Shown: piece by piece, positions 1-12,700 of the stretch
Position numbering within the stretch: position 1 is the stretch's first letter
How the letters are laid out: each line of letters starts with the position of its first letter
NCBI GenBank assembly: GCA_002633005.1
Contig: NMRA01000118.1
Location: 105,835 to 169,834, forward strand
Reading direction: 5' to 3'
Origin: Phoronis australis
Lineage: Eukaryota; Animalia; Phoronida
DNA length: 64,000 bases
Program-made: the position numbers and the translations under genes
Notes under the pieces: generated by a model
The model's database searches: none
What the model was told of the DNA's origin: nothing
What the model saw: only the letters and a program-made list of their open reading frames with translations

Positions 1-11
1 AGAGCACACAC

Positions 12-289
12 GGGGCTTCAGCATCCACACACTTTTTGTCAGTTAGTTGACCCTGTTGACCACAATTGTCCACGAATATAGTAACCTTAGGTCTTTTGGG
101 AATTTGTGGCCACCTGTCGAAGACTTGCACCAGGGAAATTAGCAGAAATAAGGCTTAGCGCGACGACGTATTTTGATAAAAATTCCATTTTTTACCAGTT
201 GTTTACATGCAGACAGCCACGCATGCGCAATTTAATCACCACTAGTACAGCAGCGACACCGCGAGGAGAATTCTCCGAATAGCCCCATT
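12..289. repeat. Dispersed repeat / MITE-like element, copy A (may extend beyond the window start)
   Basis: Closely similar to 27245-27525 (ggggcttc.gcatccacacactttttgtcag ... ggagaattctccgaatagccccatt). Confidence 0.85.
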
Positions 290-1465
290 TAAACCATAGT
301 AACACTGCGTAATGCACCTGTGAATTCAATATACCAAAAGCGAGAAAACAGAAGAAAAACGACTCTAATTGAAAATTTCTTGAATTCTGACGGGCATGAG
401 TTTGACGTATGAACGTACCCAGCGCCAAGCTGTCTTGTCTTCCAACACGTTAGTTTCTTGTAATTGCTGATTGTCAGTTGCTGGTGCTCTAATATGAAAG
501 CTGATTAGATTGATTTTGAATATTTTTTGATGTAAAATTGATGGTTTTAAGCACTTTGAGGAGCGCTTATAATACATTTTAGTAAAAAGTGAGTTTTTCT
601 GACAAGTTACTGTTGATATGAACACCTCTGTAGATATTCTAATATTATAGACTTTCAAATACGAAATCGACCGCCTTCCTCTAATTTTGTTGTGTCTCAG
701 CATAAAGCTCTTTATTAGCTTTTTGTGTTTAAGCTTGTCATCGCTCTTGCGATCGGATTTTTACGAAATCTTGCTCTATTACATATACTACAAAGACCTT
801 AAAGCCTTTCAAAACTAAGCATTTTCTGACAAAGTTACAATTATTGACTTTCATCGGGATCAGACTCCAACATGTGATAGTGACCGAGGCAGAACAGAGT
901 GTTAAAGTTGATAACTATATGATTACATCCGCTAAGTAAGTCTTGGAAGAAGGTATGTAGGCCTTCAGTTGTTTGTCGGTTTTTACCTAAAGTTCATGGA
1001 GAAATTTTGAAAAAAAAATGCAGCAGACGCTCCGATGGGAAAAACAACGCTAAATATATTTTTTGGGAAATGTATTGTGTTTTGGGGTAAAATAACGGCC
1101 GTTGTAATGCAAAACAATCAACGAAGTCATTTGTTTGAATCAACGCGATTGCAAGCTGTGTATCTACACGCTCAGAGTGCACACCCAAAAATACGCACAA
1201 ATGACATGTATTGTAAGTCATTGAACAATTTAGCGTTTGAAAACACGCCTTTGGTACAATAGCGCGATGATGAGATCTGCGATTTACTGGTGCAGGTTAA
1301 CACGGGCAAATTTTATTTTACAGTTATGTAAAGACTAATTTGACGTCATGTTCAGAATGAAACAAAAAAATCTTATAATACTTTCGAGTTCGTTGAATTG
1401 CTAGTGGAGTACTGATATAGACTAGGCTTGTAACCAAATTTATGACGAAATTCGGGTTAAGTTAA

Positions 1466-4400
1466 GTACTAGTCCACGAGAGCACCAACCATGAGCGGCA
1501 AGGTGGGGGTCAGCCGATTTTCACCAAATTTGGCACATATGTAGTCCTGTGGGATCTATAAACAGCGGTAAAATATTTCCTCAAAATATTTTGTTTTTCT
1601 AAAGTTATAGGTTCAAACACATTTTACGGTTTCGCAGCCATGTTTTCACGGTATAAAAACTGTCCAGTTTTAACTGTTCATATTTTTCCTTGAATGAAAG
1701 CTATTGATTTATTATTCACTTGGCATTGTTAAGTGGTGCCTATAGATTGTTACACAGATGTCTTGAAACACGATTCCGATTTACCACCCTCATTTAGTAG
1801 TTTTACTACACTGCCCCCCGTTATGCCATTTTGAGGTTGTGTTCAGTACTCTGCTGTACCAAATCTGCCCCCACTGTTATGAGAATGAAACTTAGCCAAA
1901 ATGTTGACAAAACATGTTACTTTCATTGCATAAAATAAAAACTTTGTCAGCCAGTTTATTAGTTATACATTTTGGCACCTCAAATGTACTAAAATGCGAA
2001 ATTGTCATATATCTGAGATCGATGCGTGAGCACCGTAAAATCCGATTGTCCTTCATAATTTTCGATATTTTGCAACAAGTTAGTTCCTCCTGAATGTTTT
2101 GAACGTTTTACTACTTATCACTTTGGGCTATAGTACCCCTAAATACCATACATGGCTCCATTTTGTAAAAAGCCGATTATGTCCTCCACAGTGAACAGGG
2201 TTAGACATGAACTCGACAAATGTAGGTTATTTTGATTTACAGTTGTTTTACTTTGCAATTTCCTCATGGGTATTTCTTCACACATATTCAAGTCAGATTT
2301 TCTGTTGATCAAGTGTTCATGCAATGCATTGTAATATCAAATGAAGGATAAGTTTGGTTGCATGACCGCAATTTTTCCCACGACTTAAAACAAAAGACCG
2401 CAGAAATTTTCCTGACGAAATACCGGGTTTGCAGTTCTGTAAAAACATTCGAATGACAAGACAAACTCCACCACTGTCCATGGCAACTCGTCGCATGTTT
2501 TTCGCCCATCGGTCCTATCATTGTTTTCCTTTGTTGTGTCATTGTTGGATGTAACAACACAGGTCGCATGGATATAGAACCTTGCGTACATCAGACCGTT
2601 GCCGATAAGTGCTCGTCATTATATCTTTATTATAACAACGGAAACAATGAAGATGCTAATCTATTGTTCTCTATGCGACCAGGTTTCCCGTGGATGACCA
2701 CAGAAGAGGAATCCCAAAGTATCCACAAACAATGACCACGCACCTTAGTAACTATTACCGCGCACACGAATCCTTTCCGTGGAACCTAAACACCAAATTT
2801 TTATATCCGTGTATTGTGTTGTATTGCTCATGGTACGGGTTCAGACTCTGTTGTATTAAGATTCCAATCCCCAACCCTGTAATATGTAGTTTGAGTAAAA
2901 TTTCTAGACAATGCAGGTTTATGGATTTATTCTCCTTCAAATGAAGAGTAAAAATCAAATTCTGCACAGGTTTTTTAAAAGTAATCACTTATTGGAAGAT
3001 CACACATCTAAAAAATAAAACAATGTTTGACAATTTTATTCATTATCTTATTTGAAAATTGCCTACCTCACAGACAACTCATCTAAGTTGAAAATATTCC
3101 TTGTGAAAAAATATAAAATACCAACCAGAGACTTGTGTACTACAAAATATGTTTTCGTAATACAATGCAAAGATAACTGTACAGTCAAAAGTGCAAATGT
3201 TATGACTCTAATAAAAAATTGCCTTCTAGATCTTTTCAACACTCTAATTGCTACAGGACAGAGTCAACCACACAAAGCTCATAAAGTCAGGGAATTACAT
3301 TTAAGGTGATGTAGTCTCACTGCGAAAAAGTGATTTCGCAATATCGCTGACAACACTGGAAATCTCTTCTTCACAAACTTGAGGTAGCTGTATTTACCAC
3401 ATCAATGTTCTTATCAAAACTAACCACCACAAAATGAAAAATTGGCTTGTCGGTTCCAATTAGGCAGCATTTTACAATGAAATGGTCATGAAAAAATACT
3501 TTTGCAACATGGTTTGCATTACAATTGCCCTACGATTACAGTTGTACATACATACTAGACCAGTAACAAAATTACCCATGGGAACCATAAAATGGTCAAT
3601 TCGCCAAAAAAACAAGGAGCCACCAGAGCTAATGTGCCAATACTTTTCAGTACTGCAACAAAAAATCATTTGAAGTGGACATAAACTCGCCTAAAATCAC
3701 ATAAAACAACTTTTGATTTAGATATTTTACCATCACGAAATAGGTATTACTTCCAGGTCACTTTTGAGCAATTTCAGAACTTTGAAAGATCTGGCAATAT
3801 GCAATTGCTAAAGACCAGACTAATAGTGTGCGATTTTATACACACAGCATGGTCTCAAGGAATAGCAAACTGTCAATTCGCTACAATTCCAGAAATCACT
3901 TCCCATCTGGATAAGGAACAAACTGAGCAAAGTTTATAGAGGTAAATGGTCTAAATCAAAACTTATTACCTCCTGGACAGAATATGGGTTTACAACCCAG
4001 GCAGAAAGATAAGTTAACAAAACCAGCCTAACTGCAACAGGGTCTCAAATTTCAGTAATATATACCCATTTACAAACAAAAATCTATAATGGTAAATAAA
4101 ATGCGGAAACATAAATTCAGATCAATTACGCATCTTCAAGGAAAAGGAATAGTACAGTGGTCAGAAATCATCTAAATGTGATGGCGACACTGAGAAATCC
4201 TGTCAGACCAAAAAATCCAGTGGCTAAACAAAATGAACAATGTACCATTACCATGTGGCCCAGGATCATAATCCGTGCCTGGACAAAAATTCAGTCTTAG
4301 ACTAGGTAAATTTTAGATTTGTGCTGTTCACACAAGCAGTTCTGGTGCAAACAAAGCTTGCGACAACACACAAGCCTACTTCCCTACACAGCTGTGCTGA

Positions 4401-6512
4401 TACAATAATGCCCCCACTGGATTTAGCAGATCAGCCAGAGTATTTACAGGTCCAGCCACTGTACTGTTTCCTCCCTTTGAATTTTTACAATGCTACATCC
4501 TTGACAATCGCAGATTGCCTCTTTCAATGCATACTCCACTTCCTCTGTCCCAGTTTCCCCACATTTGCTGAAAGTGGCCTATCTCAACAAATTACTTTGG
4601 ACCTGTTGTGGTATAAGCCAGTAATCTTTGGCAAATACTTTTTCCCCAACTCGTTCCTCAAGCTACAAATTCTCTTTGACATATCTTCTGGGAGTAGACT
4701 TTTCGGCCTCTCTCTAGCCCCCTCACTTAGTTGTCCAGAAGGGTACCTTCTTGCTGGTTGTGAACTTTTCCATACCCAACCTTTACTAATAATCGGCAAG
4801 TCTCCAACTTCAGCAGAAGCCACTTCTTCAGCATAAGCCTTTCCTGATTCCTAAAATTGTATTAATGAAAAATTAAACATATTAAATTTAATGTGGCCAT
4901 TTCGGCTCACAAAATATGAATACCAAGCTAAAGTGAAGGCACCAATATTTTTTACGGCTTTAGCATGTTTAATTAACTTCATAATTGCAGAAAATCATTG
5001 GTAGACAAAACATACTCCCTAGTCTCTAAAAGTAGTTCATGGGCAGAAGTCATGTTTCACATTTGGTGGTTGTTATGAAAAGTTATGATGACTACCTATT
5101 TTCTATGCCAATGTATACATGTAGTTGCATAAACATCAACACATTTGAATAAGATATGATTAAGCAATAAGGCCCAAGTTATAAGCAATCACGGTGTGTC
5201 AATAAAAGTATTTTTGCATGAATGACGTGCTTCTAAAAATATTCCTCAGGGTCAGACCCTGGAGTTTAGTGATTCCTACCTGAGCTCACACGAAGCAGGA
5301 CGTTGAACCTTGACTTAACGTCTTTGGTCATTTTTCAGACCTCTATCAGGCTCTATCAGATTTCTCCTCTAGTGTGCAGTGGATGTTCTCAGTGTCTTTG
5401 GCGACAGCAATATATCTCGAGTGTTGTAACGATGATTCGGGCAAGTGAATCTAATACGGTAGATTATGTAGCTCCTGCTGCACACCGTGCCTCCGAGGCA
5501 GACACCGAGAGTCTGACTGAGACAGACTACTCAGGAGGACACGTTCCACCTCCACATCAGCTCCACGTACTCTTATAAGGTGCTCAAATGTCTCGCTCTA
5601 TACCTTGTGCATTTCCCAAGAGTTTCCAAAGTTGTTTCTCTCCGCAATTTGTAGAAATACCACATTCGATGCGACTGGCAGTGCCAGATAAATAGATAAA
5701 TTCGCAAACCCGCACTTTAGGTCAGCCATCATTCAACTAACGCATTGTAAGCTTTAGTTTGGTATTCAGACGAGTTGGATGAACAAATTTAGTATAATTT
5801 CATATTTTAGTGGGAAATGCTAGTGTCTTTAAAATTAATTAAAAACATTTAAGCAAACCAATTCTTTTAATTGTTGTATTATACCACGGCATATTAATGC
5901 GTAGAAACGGCGCACAACTAGTGACTGGTTTAACATGACAAATACACATACGCGGTCTGAAAATAGTGAAATTCAGACACCTATTACCAAGCCTGCCTGA
6001 AGGGCTGACAAAGTTTTTATTGTATTAATTTCAAGGGCATGGAGTCTTCTACATGTCCATGTTATTATTTTTAGTTTTCTCGCGGGGGCAGCTTCGCTAT
6101 AAGGGTACAACTTACTGCTGGTTTTTCACAAGAAGGAAATGTACCTCCACGGAAACAGTTCCAGTGTTACCATGGTAACAGATATTGCAGTGTCGGTGCC
6201 GTTTTTACTGACATTGGTCATGAACCTATCGTGTGATATCAAAATTGTTCAGAAACGATTCTGTTTGAAGCAGAAACTGGAGTAGAAAATTTGGTCAAAA
6301 ATGACTCATTCCACACCAAGAAATTGCCTCATTTTGCCCCCAAGAACACTTCCCTTGTATCTCCTAAACCACCAAACTTTGTGGTGTCATACTTCACCCA
6401 ATTTCTCTCATCCCTAATGTGATTTATCAGACTAAACATGGATCTGAATGGCTGACCCCCCACCTTGCCGCCTGTTGGCTGTACAGTGGTCGGTGGATCC
6501 GTGGACTGATAC
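1466..6512 (-). mobile_element. Degenerate TIR DNA transposon flanked by TTAA (Sola3/Kolobok-like; superfamily uncertain)
   Basis: Left end TTAA|GTACTAGTCCACG...GCGGCAAGGTGGGGTCAGCC is an imperfect inverted repeat of the right end (reverse complement TTAA|GTATCAGTCCACG...GCGGCAAGGTGGGGGGTCAGCC). Internal fragmented minus-strand coding relics, e.g. KRICSLRNELGKKY. Confidence 0.7.
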
Positions 6513-8422
6513 TTAAGCCCAAAGAAGAAAATTCTGAAAGAACCGTTTCTTGGACATTAATTCCGCTTTTGGCATTAGGTCTTAGACAGAAATTAAGTCG
6601 GCTTTTGACATACGTGAGCATACAAGCTACGAGTTCGCCACCTGTTGCGAATTCACAAAACTTATCGAGGCGTACTGAAACACAGTTTGAAAGATAATCC
6701 TGGACTTCAAACTCTAAATGAGGATTTCTGTGCAACATTTTGCATACAATTGGGGTTTTCTTTACGTGAGAAGACCCTGCTATGGCTGGGAAATATCAGT
6801 TTGCATGTGCAGGTAAGTCGCACTGCATAGTCTACTAGTCCACGATGCTTTGACGGTTCTGGCCTCGAAAGCAGATGATCTTCAATTTGACATTGTTTAG
6901 CGACATTAGATTGCGAAAAAATCGCCGCAGTTTGTTCCTCAATAGAAAGTGTTGTTCATTTAGACACAAAGTCCTATCTTAAGCGTACTCCGTAACAAGC
7001 TGAATTTCCGCCTCAGTATAGATCGATTTTGGTCTTAATCTTGGTCTTAAAAAATTCATGAAATGGGTTTAAGATATTTTGGTCATAAGTTAGCCCGATT
7101 TCCGTATACATTAAGACAAAAAACGTTGGAACGTGGCCTTGGATTGAATCTCAGTGAGGTAATGTCAACTTCTAGAAAAAATTGTGTAACAAAATTTGAA
7201 ACGGCGTTCCCATAATAGCGGTCAACATTACAATTTATTTATTCCGTGACACAATCTGTCCTAAACATTTTATAAAGGCTTTTATTGGTTTTTACTGTCT
7301 TCTCAATGCATTGGTATTGAATCAGTAGTTAGTATCATATACTGACATTAGCTTTACTGTGACTTTTCTGAAATTTAAACTTATCACTTACCACTGGTTT
7401 CCATTTTTATAACCCTTGTCTGTTTAAGGTGTTATGACAGAGCCAATTCAGTTAATTTCATGTCTGTCAACACTCACAAGTCCGGTTGGTGGTTTCAATT
7501 GAGTGTCTGCATCACGAATCTGTGCACCCTTCTTTACGGCTAGTTGTTTTCCCACGAAATTACAAAATATGTTTCTAAAATGTCTTGCTAATTATTATGT
7601 ATTGTGTGCTGAGAAATTTTGTTTACTGTATATCTTTTGTTTACACAACATGTGCGTGTTCAAAATTGGAATACTGGAACTTAATGTAGTGTTTTGTGGT
7701 AATCTTTTTACTCTTTCAGTCTAACTTAGCAGCCAATATAAACTACACGGAACATCCGACGTGCGCATCCTCAATCCAGTCGCTGGTCTGACTTACGTGT
7801 GTGGTCAATGTGTTACATCTTGTGTGTTCTGTCCTGTACATATATAATTCTAGGCACCGGGCTCATATTTATTTCTTACCTTTTCCAATATACATGTAAT
7901 TCGTCTGCCTTACACACCCAAACTCGCCTATAGACTGAACAAAAACTAAACAGAAATCCCTAGCACACAACTATTACACACATTCACATGTCATCAACCT
8001 GCCTTTGCTGCGTAATTCAGTCTCACTAAAACATTTATACATGAAATTCCATATTCCTCATAACTGCACCACTCCGACTTAAGTTAAAACATAAAACTTT
8101 TTAAAGGAAACGTTTGACGCCAATTGAATCTTTGTCATTCATTTCGTCAGAACTGACATTGCACTAACCTGTGGTTCTTTCAACAAACTAAAGACATATA
8201 CAGTATTCCTTGATACATACTAACTCAATGTGGTGTCGCAAGAGTTCCATTTAACGTAAAGACTTTCATCGTTGGCCAGCGAGGAGGCAGCGCTGATATT
8301 TAGACTGTGCACACTTATCACCAAGTAGGCACCCCACGCAAATCATCGTCATCGGGTTTCTCCTTTGAGTGTAGTTACATAAATTTAAAGCTACGAACCA
8401 CCCTATTTAACTCTCGCTTTAA

Positions 8423-8537
8423 TATGGGCTGCGCAGCACTGAAAAAGTGGGGGCTAAAGCCCCCCAGCCACCCTGCGGTGCGAGGCCTATTGACCACGGG
8501 CGACGCAGCACTGAAAAAGTGTTTGGTGGGGCTATAT
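8423..8537. mobile_element. Short hAT-like MITE family copy (GGGGCTAAAGCCCC core)
   Basis: Shares gcagcactgaaaaagtggggggctaaagcccc with 35195-35280 and, inverted, with 59086-59153. Confidence 0.6.
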
Positions 8538-9371
8538 TGAATCGTCAAGTTTCAGACCCGTTGGTAACAGAAAACAAGCGAAAATTTTGTATGAGTAAAA
8601 GGCCTGGAGTGGTTAGATTTCCGTTTTAGCCATGTACACAGGGTGAACTGCTGCTCTATTCAAAAACTCAAAATAATGTTGTCACCTATGTAATAGGAAA
8701 AACATCTTTTGATTCATACCTCTATCTATTTGAGTGTTCCCACAAGCCACAAATAGCCCGCAGACTCACTTCAATTCAAATCGGACACTAAGTCCAAGGC
8801 GACACAGACCTTTTCACCGCCGTAGGCTACATCAAAGAAGTCGAATGCTCGAAGTGTGACGAACAAGTAAAAATAATCCAGGTGTATAAGAGATAGTGTA
8901 TCAATGATCACAGCCGGTACTGTTGGGTTGTTATAATGGCAACAGGAAAATGTGCGTATTCACTGACTGCTTGTACACATCATTCAAGGAATTTTAGAAA
9001 CTTCAATATATATTCTTACTGGTGATATGGCTGGAGGCACAACCGCAAACGTATCGAAAAAAATCTTGAAAGTTTTCTCTACTGTAAACTACGAAGGACG
9101 CTGTTGTTCAGATTTCGTTCCTAGCACTGAATCGCCAATTTGACGATGCCTATTTTCAATTCGATATCATTCGTCCACGGCCCTGCTGTCGTTTTTCAAA
9201 TGCATTATTGGGCAGTTGCCAGATCGTAAAAAACGGTGACATCAAAGAAAACTTGTGGCCGTGTAAACTGGTTCATAGTTTGAGTTTTAGGTGCTGAGAT
9301 TTGACTTTCAGCGTTGTCGGATGGCGCGTACCTCTATAACCATTCATGTAAAACACTTGCTAATCTATGTA

Positions 9372-9377
9372 TTTATT
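9372..9377 (-). terminator. Candidate polyadenylation signal (AATAAA) of the transporter mRNA
   Basis: First minus-strand AATAAA I found, about 250 nt after the stop codon. Others occur further downstream. Confidence 0.3.
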
Positions 9378-9627
9378 CGATGAATTTTGAAGACAATTTT
9401 AACGTATTATTTCATTTTGGTTTCTTTGACATACTTGCACCAATGGACACGTGCTTTCAGTTGTGGAGCACGCAAGTAACAAATGTGGTTTTCCGTTGTT
9501 TACCCATCAATAAGTTACTTGTAATGTCACCGGAAGTTAACGAGCCAACAATCGTCGCACAATGCATCTCCAAACGTCAGCAGCGCCGTAGATGAAATCT
9601 CCCGAACACCGTATTAACCAAATAATT

Positions 9628-9726
9628 CTAAATTGCTATCCAATGCTTCCCTTTGAACCTTTTAACTTCACCTTTCTTCAAAATGTCATCGTGTTCCCAT
9701 TCGGGTGAGATAGACACAGCGAGTTT
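9628..9726 (-). CDS. SLC6 exon 13 (C-terminus)
   Basis: ttttacag|[32 protein letters not shown], which resembles the human NET tail [31 protein letters not shown]. Confidence 0.92.
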   Translation of the reverse strand, partial: KLAVSISPEWEHDDILKKGEVKRFKGKHWIAI

Positions 9727-12700
9727 CTGTAAAATACATCCAGAGAAGACCATGTCAAATGTATTTTCAGAAATGTCAATCAAGCTGTCAGTTTCAGTCA
9801 CTCGGGTCTCGAGAACATGAAAACAACAATAGTCCGTCATCTCTGTCCCGTAAACATGGACTGAGAACGAAAGTGAGAAGATAGTTCTACGAACGACTTG
9901 GGACACTTGTAAATGTAGATCAACGCTATACAGAGAACGCAATAGAGAATGTGCTGACGTTGACAAATGCATGTGGGAGACTTGGCGATAAGATAAATAT
10001 ATGCCTGAATAAACCATGTATTATTATCGATATCTATTGTTAAACAAGGACAAAATGAAAGATAGAGTAGCATAACGGACTGGCGTAATCTGCCGTGGAT
10101 ATGCCGTTTCCTGCAACAGTTTGTTTGATTTCCCACGACCCATTTGGACATATGCGGATCCATAATGCAATTACTCAGAAATATGACAGTAGATCTGTTA
10201 TTGTTGTACGTGCAAGGACTTTCAGTATATTAATTGGGTTTGCGCTTATGGGACTTCGTTATGTGTGGTCTGGAAATTATCCGCTTAAGTGCCATTTGAT
10301 TAAATTTGTCCTATTCATCTCTGGACGATTCTATGTAGTAAACATGTGTTTGACGGAAATCATGCTCGACAATTTAACCGCAACATCAAACCAGTCGGAA
10401 AACTTGAGAAACCTTGCTAGGTCTCAAAAACGGTGTTATGTTCAATATTATTGATTTGTCATTTAAGCGCTACGCCGGTTTGTCCATCAGCTATACAAAC
10501 TGCTGATAAGGTTTTGTAGCGGGCTAAGGTGGCTATCGCGCCGCAAGTGCAAGTTAGTTGAGCACACACGTGGCATGAAAACGTGAAAATACGACAATTG
10601 AATGTACAAAGTGCTTGTGAATTCAATTGATGACACTTTGACGTGAGATATGGGCTCAGCTTCATTTCATTTCATTTGAGGTATGCCCTTGGTCTCGTAG
10701 CTTTTCGTCTAAGGCAACTACAGGGGCGACGTGTCGAGGAGAGTTGATTGAAAATAACGACCGGCAGCAGTTCCAACTACCATGAAATCAATTGTACGTT
10801 GGGCAACTCGACCGGTTTGCGCACCACAGAATTTGCCGGTTCAGATCTCAAAGACATCATGCTGTTGTGGTTAATTAAATCGCCTCAGGCTGCTGTTGTT
10901 ATCGTTTTCTAGATAATGAAACCATCATAAATACATTAGGGGTGAAAACAGCATTTTTAAGTTTTTGAAATTTGTAAATAGCATATTTGAATAGTTCATG
11001 AGAAGCACACGAGATTATAGGTTTTTGAATTTTGAAAATTGGACAAGGAATATGACTTTTACTACCTAAAACGTTTGTTTAATGCTGCAATGATTAATTC
11101 TGCTGGGTGTGCAACATTATTGAGCCAATTACCAAACCACCAGGCAGCAGTTGGATTTTGAGGTAAGCCAAGTGTGATCCTACAATTCTTGGCATGACTA
11201 GGGTCTCAGGTATCCAAATCTATGGGGCAACGAGAAACCTTAATTTGTCTCTGCTCTCTGCTACATTTACTTAAGCTCTAACTGAGCAAAATTAATTCAT
11301 TAAGAATATTGAAAGTTTTTTCATCACGATCTACACGGAGGTTTGCTCTTGCAACGTAATTGAATTTCAACTCCCAGTGTTGTATTGGAGTGTGAGTACA
11401 TTTTTGGACACCCTGTACGTCTTTAGATTCAGTAACGTTATAAATATGAAGTAGAAATCATGTTTTTAATTTATTTCAACTCCTCTTGCCATCCCTGTAT
11501 AACACATTCATTTACTCTCAATGTACATGATTGTTTTATTTCTGAAATCCAAACAAAACGAAATCCATGCGTAAACAATTTTTCTTAACCTGTTGTACTC
11601 CACGTTTTCCGTCATGATTCACCAAGTTATACGACGAATTTGGAGCCTTATCACCACTCATATCTAATGGCTTTAAACGAAACTTGATAAGTTATCGACC
11701 AAAGCGTAAAAGAATCGTTCGTCCTTTATATAATTGTATTTATAGGGCTCTGATTTGAGAACAAATGTTTAATCCACTGTTGATCCTTGTTTGACGAAAT
11801 CCGTTTTGCTGCTCAAATGAGTTTCCATTGGATTCAACTCATCCTGTTAACATTTTTTTGAAAATTGGTACTCACCAAATATGCTGTTGTTGAAGCTCGT
11901 GCACAGGTATAAAAATAATGTTACATCACGACTGAGGGTAATAACGGGTGTTGAGAATTTAGTTGAAAAGTTTTGTAGCCACGTGGACAAGTATGAGGTA
12001 ACTCATTCCTTTAACAGGTCCGAAATTAAACCGTCTGTTAACTGCGCAGTATTAAACACCAACTGCTTCAGGACAGATTAGTACCCCTTTATTAAGGGAT
12101 CATTCAAATTACAATTTACACACACTCCTCTTTTCATGATCAGCAGGAGAATTGTTCACTAACTCACCGCTCTTAGCTGATTAGCTTATTCTTGGATGAT
12201 TTAAAACGCAATTCCCATTCTTCTGGAGACAGTTTGTATCAAATTTTCTCCTTTAAATGAGGGGAATAGACCGACACTGTTTTTGTGCATTTTTTGTGAG
12301 AACAAGCTCTGTCCGTAAGAAAACAACTGGGATTCAGCGCGATAAAATAAATTTCATGGCGAAAAATGTTGTGCGTGAGAACGGAAATAATCTCGTAAGA
12401 AAAAAAGCACAGTAAAAGCTCACGAGAAGAAAGTTAACGCTGTTAGGGAAAACGCTTTTGCGATTCGTGAATTACGGACATTGGTTAACATGATGCAGCG
12501 ACTTGCCTGTGAAACCGACTTGCCCTCTGCAGTAATAACTTTATAAATGGCCCCAAGCGGAAACAACACCATAGGTGCCCCAGCAATACACCAACCAACC
12601 GCGTTCGCCCATTGTGGGTAAGGGTAGAGAATTCCTGTTGCTGACTTGTACGTCAGCGGCTGGTAGAGTACGATACTGGCTACAACGATTGTCTGGAAAT

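Noticed and set aside
1467-6845. 13-bp direct repeat TACTAGTCCACGA at 1467 and 6833 as a TSD
   Set aside because: The first copy is part of the TIR that pairs with about 6500-6512; the second looks like the end of a separate repeat
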